IMG/VR virus record: IMGVR_UViG_3300028599_000009
Coordinates: 1 to 42,421 of that record
Direction: 5' to 3' (one strand)
From: a virus
Taxonomy: Duplodnaviria; Caudoviricetes
DNA length: 42,421 bases
Shown here piece by piece: positions 9,167 through 19,982 of the stretch (position 1 is the stretch's first letter; each line of letters opens with the position of its first letter). The notes beneath the pieces are model-generated. The model worked only from the letters and a program-made list of their open reading frames with translations, was not told where the DNA came from and searched no databases. A program made the position numbers and the translations under genes.

Positions 9167-10848
9167 TGGCGATCAGTGTCGGAGTGACCGCAAACGGTGG
9201 TGATTTCACTCAAATCTACAACATGCAGGATGCCACGGATAATGATGCCGAGGGTAGTATTTTTGGCACCATTGGAACAACCAATATCACTATATTTGTA
9301 GAAGGTACAGCCGGGATTCCTTATCAGGCTAAAGGTGCTGGTCATGGCTGGGCGGGCATGTGGAATAACAGCAATAGTTATAACATTGCCAATAACCATC
9401 TAAGGATAGCGGTTTCCTCGCTAGACCCGTTTCAAACTGAAGGTCATGCCACAGGTGGGGTAAATATGCGTGTCTCGCAAACTCAGGGTGGAGCTACCAA
9501 TTGGGGGGAGTGGGAAGCTGGTGGTCAGGATACGCTACGCGTCAAGATTGATAACTTCATTCATCTGTGTATTGATACCTCAAGAACCTACGATTCTACA
9601 GGAGGAACCCCTTCATTAACCGCATGTAAAGGGTTTTATGGTGGCGGCACCATGCAATCCGGTTCCGGTCAGAATACGTTCCTGGTTGATAATATTTCTT
9701 ACGGGGAAAAGATTCAGGTCTACGGAGGTACGGCCATCGCTCCAGGCACTAGCGCGGAACTTGCTGCTGTTACTCAAGTTCGGGAACATGGCGCGTTCCT
9801 TGATGTTGGCGGTGTTTATTATCTTCTTGCAGGAATAGACTTTGGTGAGACTGGTACAGCCTCAAGTTATTTTAAGGAAACCGGCCAGGTCTGGAACTGT
9901 CAGGGACAAAATGTCGCAAATGATCTGTATAGATTTACTTTTGAGGGTAATGCAACCGGCACCAATTCGTTTGATGTCGGCACCAAAAGCGGAACAGGAA
10001 AGACGGCAACAGGCGTCGGTGGTAATACCGTTATTGCTACTCAGGCACCCTTCAGCTTTGACGTTACTGATGCTAATTTTGACGAGCCGTATTTCTATGG
10101 CTGGGTGTTCAAGAATTCAGGGCATACGTCTGGAACCCACAACATCACTGCTGCCAATGCTGAGTATGTCAGCTGCTTGTTTGATAGCAACAGCAAAATC
10201 ACTATTGCCAATAGCCCGCTATATGTTAATAACACAATAGCTGACTCGGTTGTTGCAAGCACTGAGGCAGCGATTGATTTAGGCACAAGCAAACCAAGCG
10301 CAAATACTTTTGCCAATATTATTCAATCAGGATGTAACGCTCATGGCTTGCGCATCTCAGGCACCAGTACCACAGGAGATACATGGGATCTGGACAATAT
10401 TGCTATGTCGAGCAATACCACGGCTGACATACTGGTTGATTATCCGGCGCAGACAAGTGGCAAGGTTACTATAAATCTGAATAACGGTTCGGCGGCTAAT
10501 TCGACGACTCAGGTAGCGGTTACAGGCGGCATTGCACTTATTGATGTAGATCTAGTTCAAAGTGTGTCTGTTACAGTGACCGTTCTTGATGAAGATACAG
10601 ACTTACCGATAAACCTTGCTCACGTTCAAATATATCTGACTTCTGATTATTCGACAGTGGTGTTAAGTGGTGCGACAAATGCAAGCGGCATAATAACAGG
10701 CAGTTATGGCGGAACAACCCCAGCGGGTATAACTGGATGGGCTAGACAGATGGATATATCAGGAACAGATTATGTGCCTAAAGATTTTGCAGGATCAATT
10801 ACATCAACAGGATTTACTTTGACAGTTAAATTAAAACCCTTAACTTAG
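9166..10848 (+). CDS. Thr/Gly-rich probable virion protein; beta-helix-like middle, Ig/carboxypeptidase-regulatory-like C-terminus
   Basis: 560 aa; VTVTVLDEDTDLPINLAHVQIY...GATNASG C-terminal pattern. Confidence 0.7.
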   Translation: MAISVGVTANGGDFTQIYNMQDATDNDAEGSIFGTIGTTNITIFVEGTAGIPYQAKGAGHGWAGMWNNSNSYNIANNHLRIAVSSLDPFQTEGHATGGVNMRVSQTQGGATNWGEWEAGGQDTLRVKIDNFIHLCIDTSRTYDSTGGTPSLTACKGFYGGGTMQSGSGQNTFLVDNISYGEKIQVYGGTAIAPGTSAELAAVTQVREHGAFLDVGGVYYLLAGIDFGETGTASSYFKETGQVWNCQGQNVANDLYRFTFEGNATGTNSFDVGTKSGTGKTATGVGGNTVIATQAPFSFDVTDANFDEPYFYGWVFKNSGHTSGTHNITAANAEYVSCLFDSNSKITIANSPLYVNNTIADSVVASTEAAIDLGTSKPSANTFANIIQSGCNAHGLRISGTSTTGDTWDLDNIAMSSNTTADILVDYPAQTSGKVTINLNNGSAANSTTQVAVTGGIALIDVDLVQSVSVTVTVLDEDTDLPINLAHVQIYLTSDYSTVVLSGATNASGIITGSYGGTTPAGITGWARQMDISGTDYVPKDFAGSITSTGFTLTVKLKPLT

Positions 10849-10858
10849 GAAATAAGAA

Positions 10859-12604
10859 ATGGCTATTTATGATACCGATGCAGACAGCTCGACGGCAATA
10901 ACCGCCTGGCTAGCACAATTCAAAGTTGCGGCAACAGGGGCTATTACATTTGTCTCCGGTACGCATACATTCCACGTAAAGTGGATTAACAGGTCACTGC
11001 AAAAGATTCACTGGGATTTCTTAATCTCCGGTGATGATGAGGCCAACTTATCTTTCCCCAACCCATCAAAAGAGGAAGCACTTGGCAAGATCGTTACACT
11101 TAATGACCACACAACAAACTACAGCGTTAACTACACGGTTACAGACACGGTGATGCAGTACCACTTCGGCGGCTCGGTATCACAGAATAACGGTGATGAT
11201 ATTTATTATGGTTTGATCGTTCTTGGGTCAAACTCAACACCACTGCCATTAAAGATACTGCGAAACAATGTAGAACTGACCTCACACTGGGGCAATGGTA
11301 AGAACCAAACAGACTCAAACACGTTGCTTCGCGTGATGGTGAAAGGCCGAAGTGCCGGTGCTGATATTGATAACCTGCTGGTTCATGTAAAGGCCAGTAC
11401 TTGGCTGGAGACGTATGCTATTTGGGGCACAACCCTTGCCCTTGGTGAATCCGTTGCATCTATCACCACGGCAGATGACCCACAAAATACAACCGCATTG
11501 CTCACGGTACAGGGTTACGGAATTACCAAGTCAGAAGGGTATAAATTGGTCGATCTGGATGGTAACGGCAATAAGCCTTACCTTGGAGAATGGTCTTATG
11601 CAGGTGCTGGAGCGGGTACAAAAAAATCCCTATACGAATTTGTCAAAGCGATTCTAGTCGATGGCACAACAGATACGCTCTACGGTGTTGATGGGGATTT
11701 ATGGACAGGTCGCGTTTATGACTGCGTGATTACCACGACTCGATCAGGAACGTGGGTGCAGAATGAAACCTTATCTTGGGGTACTGGAGCCACAGCCGGA
11801 ACGGGTCACTTGATGGGGGTTGATACCCTGACAGGCACGTCTACAACAAGGCTGGTATTCCATCTTGATACGGGCGTCTTTCCTGCTGCCGCACTGGTGG
11901 TTACTGGCGCAGGTCTTGCAACCGGAACGATATCCGGCACACCGGTATTATTGTCAACCAAACCAGAACATTTAGCGCAGTTCACAGGAAACTGGATTGG
12001 CGCGTACGGTATTGGTTTCTTGGCGGCAGAGGTTGGTCTAGGCGATTCGTTTATCGACCTGGATGGAAACATTGTTACACCTCCAAACAACGTTGCGATA
12101 TCTGGCACTGTTGAAGCACTTAACTTATCAGACGATCTGCACGTATTTCTTGCGCCGAAAGACGCTGTGCTTACCGCTCCGGATATGACGGTTTATACCT
12201 GTGTTGGCGAAATCATCGGGGCTGGTGTTATTAGAGTGAATGAAGCGATTGCTGCGGATACGCCGCAGACGGGTTGGTTCGGCGTACTTAAAACAGGTGA
12301 CACCACTTACAAGTTCTATGAATACAGTTCATGGGCTACCAGCACCTTCACGCTAGTCAGTACAATAGCAGGCACCGCGATTACCGCAAGTGATCCTGGT
12401 ATGCACGCCATCTTCTACGATTCGATGACGGGGGCAGGCACTACCAAGACGCTGACTAACTCATTGATTCACTCATCTGATTTTGCGGTTATTGGCTGGA
12501 TCAGGCATGGCGACGCATCTGGCGTTGATAAGATCGTGCCGATATCCGGGACGGTTACATCTGCCGGGTTTAGCTTCTCTGGCACGATGGAGGCCGAGGT
12601 TTAA
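10859..12604 (+). CDS. Thr/Gly-rich probable virion structural protein
   Basis: 581 aa, AGGA RBS, beta-rich composition. Confidence 0.75.
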   Translation: MAIYDTDADSSTAITAWLAQFKVAATGAITFVSGTHTFHVKWINRSLQKIHWDFLISGDDEANLSFPNPSKEEALGKIVTLNDHTTNYSVNYTVTDTVMQYHFGGSVSQNNGDDIYYGLIVLGSNSTPLPLKILRNNVELTSHWGNGKNQTDSNTLLRVMVKGRSAGADIDNLLVHVKASTWLETYAIWGTTLALGESVASITTADDPQNTTALLTVQGYGITKSEGYKLVDLDGNGNKPYLGEWSYAGAGAGTKKSLYEFVKAILVDGTTDTLYGVDGDLWTGRVYDCVITTTRSGTWVQNETLSWGTGATAGTGHLMGVDTLTGTSTTRLVFHLDTGVFPAAALVVTGAGLATGTISGTPVLLSTKPEHLAQFTGNWIGAYGIGFLAAEVGLGDSFIDLDGNIVTPPNNVAISGTVEALNLSDDLHVFLAPKDAVLTAPDMTVYTCVGEIIGAGVIRVNEAIAADTPQTGWFGVLKTGDTTYKFYEYSSWATSTFTLVSTIAGTAITASDPGMHAIFYDSMTGAGTTKTLTNSLIHSSDFAVIGWIRHGDASGVDKIVPISGTVTSAGFSFSGTMEAEV

Positions 12605-12605
12605 T

Positions 12606-13262
12606 GTGGCATATTCCGTTAATTGGGTCACTAAGGTATTAACGATACCCACTGCTGATCTGACGCTGGTATCGGGGACGCGGTATAAACTCCTGATGTC
12701 TGATTTCCTTGCGGAATGCAGGCGTCTGGAGTGGGATTTTGCCGAGGGTCTATGGGCACCGCCTATACTCGATCATTCAAATACTCGCGTTGATTTCGCG
12801 GGCGTTGACTATGCGCCGTTTGATGAGGTTGTTAATGGCTATACCGTCCAGGTGACAGGTGCAGCGACACGGGTCGATTTAATCGGGTCAAACAACAACA
12901 TCATTGACGTGTTGATCGCCACAGGCGTTTCAGTGGTTCCAAATAACTCCGCTGGATTGCAGATTGTATCCACTGGATCAGGTCTTAGCGCAGGTCAAGA
13001 TGCCAAGCTGACTAATGTTGATTCAGCTGTCAACGCAAACCTGAAAAACATTGAAGGCACTGACAGTCACGCTATGGTAATGCGCGTAATACGTGCCGCA
13101 CTTTGCGGAACGGCGAAGGATGCCGACACTAATGAACCAATCACGGAGGATACTGTACGGATTGCTTATATGAGTTCGGATGGTTCCAAACCACGCCTTA
13201 TCTTTGATGTGGTCAATCTGTATGGCACCAGAACAGGTGCAACACTGGATATGTCCCCCTAA
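12606..13262 (+). CDS. Probable virion structural protein (GTG start, VAYSVNWVTK...)
   Basis: In-frame GTG just after the preceding stop with GAGG RBS; VSVVPNNSAGL motif. Confidence 0.7.
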   Translation: MAYSVNWVTKVLTIPTADLTLVSGTRYKLLMSDFLAECRRLEWDFAEGLWAPPILDHSNTRVDFAGVDYAPFDEVVNGYTVQVTGAATRVDLIGSNNNIIDVLIATGVSVVPNNSAGLQIVSTGSGLSAGQDAKLTNVDSAVNANLKNIEGTDSHAMVMRVIRAALCGTAKDADTNEPITEDTVRIAYMSSDGSKPRLIFDVVNLYGTRTGATLDMSP

Positions 13263-13690
13263 TGGCTACTGCTTTTAGTCCAGCTGTTTTTGCACCCCAT
13301 GTTTTCGCTCAAGGCGCTTTTGGCAATGGGCCAGGTCCAGGGCCAGGCGGACCACCTGAAGATACTGGGGCTGGAGCTGGCTATCCGGTAATTATCTATA
13401 AAAAGGAAGATAAAAGGCTTAAGCCGCCTAGAAAGAAAATTAAAAAGCAGCTAACTGAAGCCGAAATAAATAATGATGAGCTTCTTTTTGATGAATATAA
13501 TGAAAAGCTTATAGAGAAAACGGCATTATCAGTAAACGCGAAGTCTATTAGCGAAATTATACTTGATACAGAGCTAATAAAAGAACTAAGATATATCAAT
13601 ACATTAGAAAATAGTTATAAGGCAGATGCTCAAAAACTTAAAGCAAAGTATAGAAAAATATTATTAATGCTGATGATGGATGAAATTTAA
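13262..13690 (+). CDS. Hypothetical protein (Pro/Gly-rich N-terminus, charged C-terminus)
   Basis: TAATG-coupled at both ends. Confidence 0.7.
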   Translation: MATAFSPAVFAPHVFAQGAFGNGPGPGPGGPPEDTGAGAGYPVIIYKKEDKRLKPPRKKIKKQLTEAEINNDELLFDEYNEKLIEKTALSVNAKSISEIILDTELIKELRYINTLENSYKADAQKLKAKYRKILLMLMMDEI

Positions 13691-14106
13691 TGCCAATTTA
13701 TGTATATAAGTGTGAAAGCGGCCATAAATTTGATGTTTTCCTTAAGCTTTGTGACTATGACACTCCTCAAACCTGTGAATGCGGTCAATCCGCAGCCCGC
13801 ATAATCGTTCCCACCATGATCAATTGTGATATGCAGTCATGGGACTATTACGAATCTCCTGTAAGTGGTAAGCCGATCCGGTCCTATAAAGACAGGCAAG
13901 AGGACATGGCGCGACATGGGTGTGTAGATTACGAACCTTCGATGAAGCAGGTTCAAACGAACAATATTAAGCAAATGGACGACGCCTTAGATAAAAAGGT
14001 TGATGATACGGTAGAAAAGGAATGGGCTAAAATGCCCTCAGATAAGCGAGAGGATCTTGCAAAAGAGTTATTATCAGGTGCAGATGTTGAGCTAATAAGA
14101 CAATGA
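13690..14106 (+). CDS. FmdB-family zinc-ribbon protein
   Basis: MPIYVYKCESGHKF...CECG signature. Confidence 0.8.
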   Translation: MPIYVYKCESGHKFDVFLKLCDYDTPQTCECGQSAARIIVPTMINCDMQSWDYYESPVSGKPIRSYKDRQEDMARHGCVDYEPSMKQVQTNNIKQMDDALDKKVDDTVEKEWAKMPSDKREDLAKELLSGADVELIRQ

Positions 14107-14130
14107 ATTATACAGAAAGGAATATAGAGC

Positions 14131-14283
14131 ATGATGTATAAATATCCATTTAAATCAGTAGGATATAAAACTACAAAGGCACAATTTAAAACATTTGCTG
14201 GTGATTTAACGCTTACAAATTATTTAGTTAGGTTTGTAACCTTCGATTATGGAGATTATAAAATAAGCATAATCCAGGACTAA
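14131..14283 (+). CDS. Small AT-rich hypothetical protein (50 aa, MMYKYPFKSVG...)
   Basis: Read manually; AAAGGA RBS. Confidence 0.45.
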   Translation: MMYKYPFKSVGYKTTKAQFKTFAGDLTLTNYLVRFVTFDYGDYKISIIQD

Positions 14284-14346
14284 ATTAACCATCGTCGTGA
14301 TGACGATAAATTCCCATAGAGCCCAGACAGGGCCGCAGGAGACATT

Positions 14347-15393
14347 ATGAGCGCAGCAGAGCAAGAAGTAACCGAAGCTATAGCAGAAGCCGAGCAACCT
14401 ACAGTTGAGCCGGTAGCAGCCCCCCATGACTTTGATATCGAAGCGGCCAGTGATTCCATTGCTGCCGATCTTTTCCCTACTCGTGAGAAAAAAGATGACG
14501 AACCTGATAACGGCGAAGCAAATGAGAAAGTGGCTGAAGAAGGAGAGAAGGAAGCAGGAGCAGAACCAGAAAAACCTGAAGAAGCTGAAAAACAAGAAGA
14601 AGTAGAAAAAACCCCAGCACCACAGTCGTGGGCCAAAGATACTCATGAATTATGGGATTCGATGACCAAAGGCCAGCAGGATCAGGTTATTTTACGCGAA
14701 ACCCAGATGAAAGAGGGCGTAGACGTAAGAAAGCAGGATGCTGAGCTTGGCATGAAGGCAAGAGATGCTTTTGCCCCATTTGAAAACGTCCTCAAGCAAA
14801 ATAACATAGATCCTATTGCCGCTTCACAAAAGATGATGGCAAACCACATCAGACTTGCTTCCGCACCAATGGAAGAAAGAAAGCAATTATTCAACCAACT
14901 GGCCAAGAACTACGGCATAACCAACGAGCCGGTTGACGAAGAAACCAGCAAGATTACCCAAAACCCGTTTGTCAAAAACCTGATGAACGAGGTAAATCAA
15001 TTAAAGCAAGATGTAAATGCGAGCAAAAACGCCTCTCGACAGGAGGCTGAAGTTCGCATAAGTAGCGAGGTCTCAGACTTCGCCAGCAAGCATGATCACT
15101 TTGATGATCTTTCAGATGAGGTAGCACGCCTTATCCGAGCAGATTATAGCCTTGATGATGCTTACAAAATCGCCTATCGCGCATCTCCCTATTTTGAAAA
15201 AGACTTGGAGAAGCAGAGGGAAGAAAAGCAAAAGGAAGCCGAGAAAGCGAAAAAGTTAGAAGCGGAAAAGGCCAAAAAGGCTAAATCCGTAAATGTCAGA
15301 GGTCGAGACACCGGAAAAGCGCCGACCGCGCCCAAAGGAACGATGGAAGACACAATGCGTGAAACTATGCGCGAAATCAAAAACCGTAACTAA
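14347..15393 (+). CDS. Capsid scaffolding protein
   Basis: Acidic disordered N-terminus, APQSW motif, helical; directly upstream of the major capsid gene. Confidence 0.8.
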   Translation: MSAAEQEVTEAIAEAEQPTVEPVAAPHDFDIEAASDSIAADLFPTREKKDDEPDNGEANEKVAEEGEKEAGAEPEKPEEAEKQEEVEKTPAPQSWAKDTHELWDSMTKGQQDQVILRETQMKEGVDVRKQDAELGMKARDAFAPFENVLKQNNIDPIAASQKMMANHIRLASAPMEERKQLFNQLAKNYGITNEPVDEETSKITQNPFVKNLMNEVNQLKQDVNASKNASRQEAEVRISSEVSDFASKHDHFDDLSDEVARLIRADYSLDDAYKIAYRASPYFEKDLEKQREEKQKEAEKAKKLEAEKAKKAKSVNVRGRDTGKAPTAPKGTMEDTMRETMREIKNRN

Positions 15394-15406
15394 ATAGGAG
15401 AAGAGA

Positions 15407-16372
15407 ATGGCTACTAGTCCAAACTCAACCTTTACGGAACTGGTGTCAACCACATTCCGTAAGCATCGGAAGGAAGTCAAAGATAACGTTTCCAACCGTA
15501 ATGCACTTTGCAAGCGCCTGATGAAGAAGGGTAATTATGAAACCGAAGACGGTGGTCTGACGATTGTAACCCCGCTTGATTATGCCGAGAACTCGACTTA
15601 TCAACGCTACAGTGATTGGGATACCCTGGATATTGGTGCTTCTGATGTTATCAGCGCAGCTGAATACCAGTGGCGTCAGATTGCTATTAACGTAGTAGCA
15701 AGTGGTCGTGAGCTGCGTATCAACTCGGGCGAGTCTCGCATTATCAAACTGGCGAAAGCTCGCCTGAAGAATGCGATGAGAACGTTTAATAACAACTTCT
15801 CTGAAGACCTGTATTCTGATGGAACAGCCTCTAACCAGATCAATGGCCTCCAAGCTATTATTTCCGATCTCGGTACGGGCACAGTCGGTGGTATTAACTC
15901 CACTCCTTTCCCATTCTGGCAGAATCAGATTTTCGATGCTTCCGATAACTCAGTAACGATATCGTCCAGCACTATCGAGAATTCAGCCATGCTGCCCTTG
16001 TGGTTAGACCTTGATCGTGGTCCAGATGACCAGACGGACCTGATTGTTTCCGATAACAACTACTATCAGTTTTTCGAGGCTTCACAGGTGTCGATCAAAC
16101 GATACATGGATGCAACAACTGCTGATGGTGGTATGGTGTCGCTGAAGTACAAGGGTGCTGACGTGATGTTTGACGGTAACTCAGGTATTCCCGCTAATCG
16201 CATGTACTTTATCAATTCGGATTATTTCGGCTTGTGTGTACACCGTGATGCAGACCTGGAAGTTGTCGAAGAGCAGCGTCCGATTAACCAGGATGGAGTT
16301 GTTATTCCGATCCTCTGGATGGGCAACCTGACTTGCTCCAACCGTAATCAGCAAGGCGTGATCTTGCCTTAA
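15407..16372 (+). CDS. Major capsid protein (HK97 fold inferred)
   Basis: ELVSTTFRKHRKEVKDNVSNRNAL N-terminus and WMGNLTCSNR C-terminus typical of a widespread podophage MCP group; AGGAG RBS. Confidence 0.9.
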   Translation: MATSPNSTFTELVSTTFRKHRKEVKDNVSNRNALCKRLMKKGNYETEDGGLTIVTPLDYAENSTYQRYSDWDTLDIGASDVISAAEYQWRQIAINVVASGRELRINSGESRIIKLAKARLKNAMRTFNNNFSEDLYSDGTASNQINGLQAIISDLGTGTVGGINSTPFPFWQNQIFDASDNSVTISSSTIENSAMLPLWLDLDRGPDDQTDLIVSDNNYYQFFEASQVSIKRYMDATTADGGMVSLKYKGADVMFDGNSGIPANRMYFINSDYFGLCVHRDADLEVVEEQRPINQDGVVIPILWMGNLTCSNRNQQGVILP

Positions 16373-16385
16373 CAGGAGAACTATT

Positions 16386-16877
16386 ATGACTTTTAGAATC
16401 ACTGATACAGTGGCAGGTACTCAGCCAATCGCTGATACTTCAACCACTCAGGAACATCCTCTGGGTACGATTGTTCGCGCAAAAGATCCTACTTACGGTG
16501 AAGGCGAGTTTGTTTATTGCTCAGGTGTGGCATCGACAGTAGTTGGGTCTTTTGCCACAATCCATGAGGATGGATGGACCACAACTTTACTGGCGGCCAA
16601 TGATATTGGTCGAGTTGGTATAGCCATGTCGATAAACGTGGCTAGTCAGTATGGCTGGTATCAAATCAGCGGTAAGGGTGTTGGCAAGGTAGCAACAGGC
16701 TTTGCAGACAATGGTCTTGTTTATGCAACAGCAACAGCTGGAACAGTAGATGATGCCGTAGTAGCTGGTGATCGTGTGAAGCAGTGTATTGGCGCTTCGG
16801 CTATTGATACACCGTCAACAGGACTCGCGGAAATGGAAATGGATCGTCCGTTCATGGATGATGCAACAGCAGCATAA
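16386..16877 (+). CDS. Capsid decoration/cement protein
   Basis: Follows the MCP; HPLGTIV...GEGEFVY...QYGWYQISG; followed by a terminator. Confidence 0.7.
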   Translation: MTFRITDTVAGTQPIADTSTTQEHPLGTIVRAKDPTYGEGEFVYCSGVASTVVGSFATIHEDGWTTTLLAANDIGRVGIAMSINVASQYGWYQISGKGVGKVATGFADNGLVYATATAGTVDDAVVAGDRVKQCIGASAIDTPSTGLAEMEMDRPFMDDATAA

Positions 16878-16884
16878 GCTGAAT

Positions 16885-16910
16885 GGAGGGGTGTAAAAAC
16901 CCCTCCTTTA
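16885..16910 (+). terminator. Intrinsic terminator after the capsid genes
   Basis: GGAGGGGT-GTAAAA-ACCCCTCC-TTTA. Confidence 0.75.
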
Positions 16911-16937
16911 TATACATAATCCAGACAGGAGAAAAGT

Positions 16938-17705
16938 ATGAATGTAGGTGAATCGCTAGACAAAGAAGAACGACCGGCGTATGTCCAATTCGAGACAAGA
17001 GCCGTTGAGAATAAGCAAGAGACTTTAAGGCAGGGGCATTATGTCGGCAGAGATGTTGATTTTGTTCTTGTTACATTGCCAGGTGGAAGGGATATTTACG
17101 AGAGTAAGGTTGATCCCTGGTTTGAGAATAAGGAGCGCCAGGCCCGTAATGGCAGGGTAGATCCTGCACACTTGGATTATTACCATAGGGCTTATAAAGC
17201 ATGGAAAGAAGGTCAGGAGATCCCCGTAGATGGCACTCCGGTGAAGGGATGGGGCCTGGTCTCACCGATGCAGGAGAAGACTATACTGATGGCAGGAATC
17301 AAGACTATTGAAGATCTGGCGGCCAGCAATGACGAAGCCTTGAGGCGTCTTGGTATGGGCGGGCGTGATCTCGTTAATAAGGCGAAATCCTGGTTAAGCT
17401 CAGTCAGTGATCACGGAAAAGTTGCAATGGAGAATGCCACCCTGAAGAAGGATAACGAGAATCTAAGGACTACGGTCGAGTCTCTGGAGGAAAAAGTTAA
17501 TTTCCTGATGCATAAAATGGATCAAAAACAAGTAGATAACGGAATATCTGAAAGTGATATAGATGATGTTCCACATGAAACAATCATGGCTGCTGATATC
17601 ATACCTTCAGAGGCATCTATTTCTGATCAGTATTTTTCCAAGTTCGGCAAGAAACCGCATCACTTAATGAAAGAAGAAACCATTCGCAAGAAACTGGAAG
17701 AATGA
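16938..17705 (+). CDS. Conserved hypothetical head-tail region protein
   Basis: GTPVKGW and GIKTIEDLA motifs plus coiled coil; usual position in this podophage type. Confidence 0.75.
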   Translation: MNVGESLDKEERPAYVQFETRAVENKQETLRQGHYVGRDVDFVLVTLPGGRDIYESKVDPWFENKERQARNGRVDPAHLDYYHRAYKAWKEGQEIPVDGTPVKGWGLVSPMQEKTILMAGIKTIEDLAASNDEALRRLGMGGRDLVNKAKSWLSSVSDHGKVAMENATLKKDNENLRTTVESLEEKVNFLMHKMDQKQVDNGISESDIDDVPHETIMAADIIPSEASISDQYFSKFGKKPHHLMKEETIRKKLEE

Positions 17706-17706
17706 T

Positions 17707-18417
17707 ATGAGCCTATTGACAATCGTGCAGCGATTCTTTGAAGAGATCAATGTTGATCAAAACATAACAACGGTTATGGGTGCAACAGATCCGCAGGTAC
17801 GTCAGGCAAAGGCTTTACTACAGAAGGAAGGTGATGATCTCTCAGGCCGAGGTGATTGGGAGGCTTTAGTCAATGAGGCCACCCATACGACATTAGCCAC
17901 TGAAGACCAGGGCGCTATTGCCACTATTGCTTCAAATGGTTTCAGATACGTCAGGAACGACACCATATGGGACAGGGATCTGAGGCTTCCTGTTTACATT
18001 ATCGACGCAACTGACTGGCAGCAGGTCAAGGCTATTGCGGTCACAGGTCCAAGATACCAGGCCAGGATTAGGGGTGGCAGGTTAATATCCAACCCCGTAC
18101 CTATAGCCGGGCATGTATGGGCGTTTGAATACGTTACCTGGAACTGGATGACCGATTCCACTGGCGCCACTCAGAAACAATATTTTACCAATGATGGTGA
18201 CATCCCTCTCTTACCCGAGCTTCTCTTAGAGTCCGGTCTTCAATGGCGATGGAAGAAGCAAAAGGGCATGGAATATGCGGAAGACTTTAGGACTTATGAG
18301 ACTCTGGTTGCCAATGAGCTATCAAGAAATGGTCTGAAAAGACCCGTCAGGCTTGATCAGAGCGCAGCTACACCCAAGCCTAAAGTATATGTCCCTGAGG
18401 GGAGCTGGAATTTATGA
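17707..18417 (+). CDS. Head-to-tail adaptor (tail tubular protein A-like)
   Basis: MSLLTIVQ start, LQWRWKKQKGMEYAE motif, synteny. Confidence 0.75.
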   Translation: MSLLTIVQRFFEEINVDQNITTVMGATDPQVRQAKALLQKEGDDLSGRGDWEALVNEATHTTLATEDQGAIATIASNGFRYVRNDTIWDRDLRLPVYIIDATDWQQVKAIAVTGPRYQARIRGGRLISNPVPIAGHVWAFEYVTWNWMTDSTGATQKQYFTNDGDIPLLPELLLESGLQWRWKKQKGMEYAEDFRTYETLVANELSRNGLKRPVRLDQSAATPKPKVYVPEGSWNL

Positions 18418-19973
18418 GAGCACCACTCAGGACAAAAGGTTATCAGAGGCAGGTATCAATACCTCAGTCATTGCCTGCGCCCATTGGTGGATGGAATACC
18501 CGTGACTCGGTTGCTGCAATGCCCCCAGAAGATGCGGTCAAGCTGGATAACTTCTTTTGCACAACTGAAGATGTAGAAATAAGAGGCGGGCAATCTGATT
18601 ATGCCACTACGATAACGGGAACAGTTGAGACCTTGGCGACGTATACCGGGCTTGATGGAACTGAGCAGTTTTTCGCGGTATCTGATACGGATGTTTACGA
18701 CATATCGTCAGGTGGCGTGGCGAGTGCAGAAGTCTTAACGGTAACAGATGGCAAGTTCCAATACCTTAATATGGGTGATGGAACAAGCGAATGGCTGCTA
18801 ATGTTCAATGGAGTTGATGCGCCTAAATATTACAATGGTACAGCATGGACGCAGGTTACTGGCGCAACATCACCCGCCTTGACGGGTGTTACCCCGACAA
18901 CCGTTATAACAGCTTGCACCTATCATGGCCGTCTGTTCCTGATTCAAAAGGATACCTTAACATTCTGGTATCTGCCTGCTGGTGTCGTTGGCGGTTTAGC
19001 GGTGGCTTTTGACCTATCTCCCTTCGCTTCCCTTGGTGGTTATATCGAATGGGCTGCGACATGGACATTTGACGCCGGTGATGGCATCGATGACATGATT
19101 GTGTTCATGACGTCAGAAGGGCAGGCCATTATCTACAAAGGAACAGATCCGGCATCAGCTTCGGCATGGCTGAGAATTGGGACTTACTTTCTTGGTAAGC
19201 CTCTTGGCCGGCGCTCATATACTCAATATGCTGGTGATCTTCTTGTTAACACACAGGAAGGCATCTTTCCGATGTCTGAGGGTATAAGAAAAGCGACTAT
19301 AAATGATCGGGTTGCAGTGAGTGACAAGATCAAAAAGACCTTCAATACTGCGGCAAGGGATTATGGCGGTAGCTTTGGCTGGCAGATCCAGCATTACCCG
19401 CTAAAGAATGCGATTATATTTAATATTCCAGTATCGCCAACGGGTCAGCATCAATACGTAATGAACACAATTACCCAGGCATGGAGCCGGTTTATGGCAT
19501 GGCCCGCGCAGTGTTGGGGTATGTACAATGACGAGATTTATTATGGCCTGAGTACGGCTGTACAAAAAGCATGGACAGGACGAAGCGATGACGGTGAAAA
19601 TATTGTAGCAGAAGGGCAGACGGCATGGACTAATTTCGGTGCATCCACTCAGTCAAAGGACATGAAAATGTTCAGGCCAATGGTCCAGACTAATGGATCT
19701 ATTGATTATTTAACGGACATAGATGTTGATTTCAGAAATACACCGATAACGGGTGTTGTCAGCTTTACTCCTGAGGTGGGGGGTGCCTGGGGTACTGGAT
19801 TATGGGGTACGGCCACATGGTCAGGATCACTCGACACTATATTGAAATGGACCTCACCTGATACGTACACTGGCTATTATTTTTCAGGGAAATTGAAGGT
19901 CGAAACAAAAACAGTTGATTTGCACTGGCTTGCAAGCGATTATGTATATGAAACAGGCGGAATATTATCATGA
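18414..19973 (+). CDS. Tail nozzle / tail tubular protein B (P22 gp10-like)
   Basis: LPAPIGGWNTRD start; beta-propeller-like composition; synteny. Confidence 0.8.
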   Translation: MRAPLRTKGYQRQVSIPQSLPAPIGGWNTRDSVAAMPPEDAVKLDNFFCTTEDVEIRGGQSDYATTITGTVETLATYTGLDGTEQFFAVSDTDVYDISSGGVASAEVLTVTDGKFQYLNMGDGTSEWLLMFNGVDAPKYYNGTAWTQVTGATSPALTGVTPTTVITACTYHGRLFLIQKDTLTFWYLPAGVVGGLAVAFDLSPFASLGGYIEWAATWTFDAGDGIDDMIVFMTSEGQAIIYKGTDPASASAWLRIGTYFLGKPLGRRSYTQYAGDLLVNTQEGIFPMSEGIRKATINDRVAVSDKIKKTFNTAARDYGGSFGWQIQHYPLKNAIIFNIPVSPTGQHQYVMNTITQAWSRFMAWPAQCWGMYNDEIYYGLSTAVQKAWTGRSDDGENIVAEGQTAWTNFGASTQSKDMKMFRPMVQTNGSIDYLTDIDVDFRNTPITGVVSFTPEVGGAWGTGLWGTATWSGSLDTILKWTSPDTYTGYYFSGKLKVETKTVDLHWLASDYVYETGGILS

Positions 19974-19982
19974 GGATATATT

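Noticed and set aside
12483-12605. Extended N-termini from the ORF track (12483, 24940, 30991, 34135, 35476, 40819)
   Set aside because: They overlap upstream genes or non-coding elements; downstream starts with RBS or stop-start coupling fit better.
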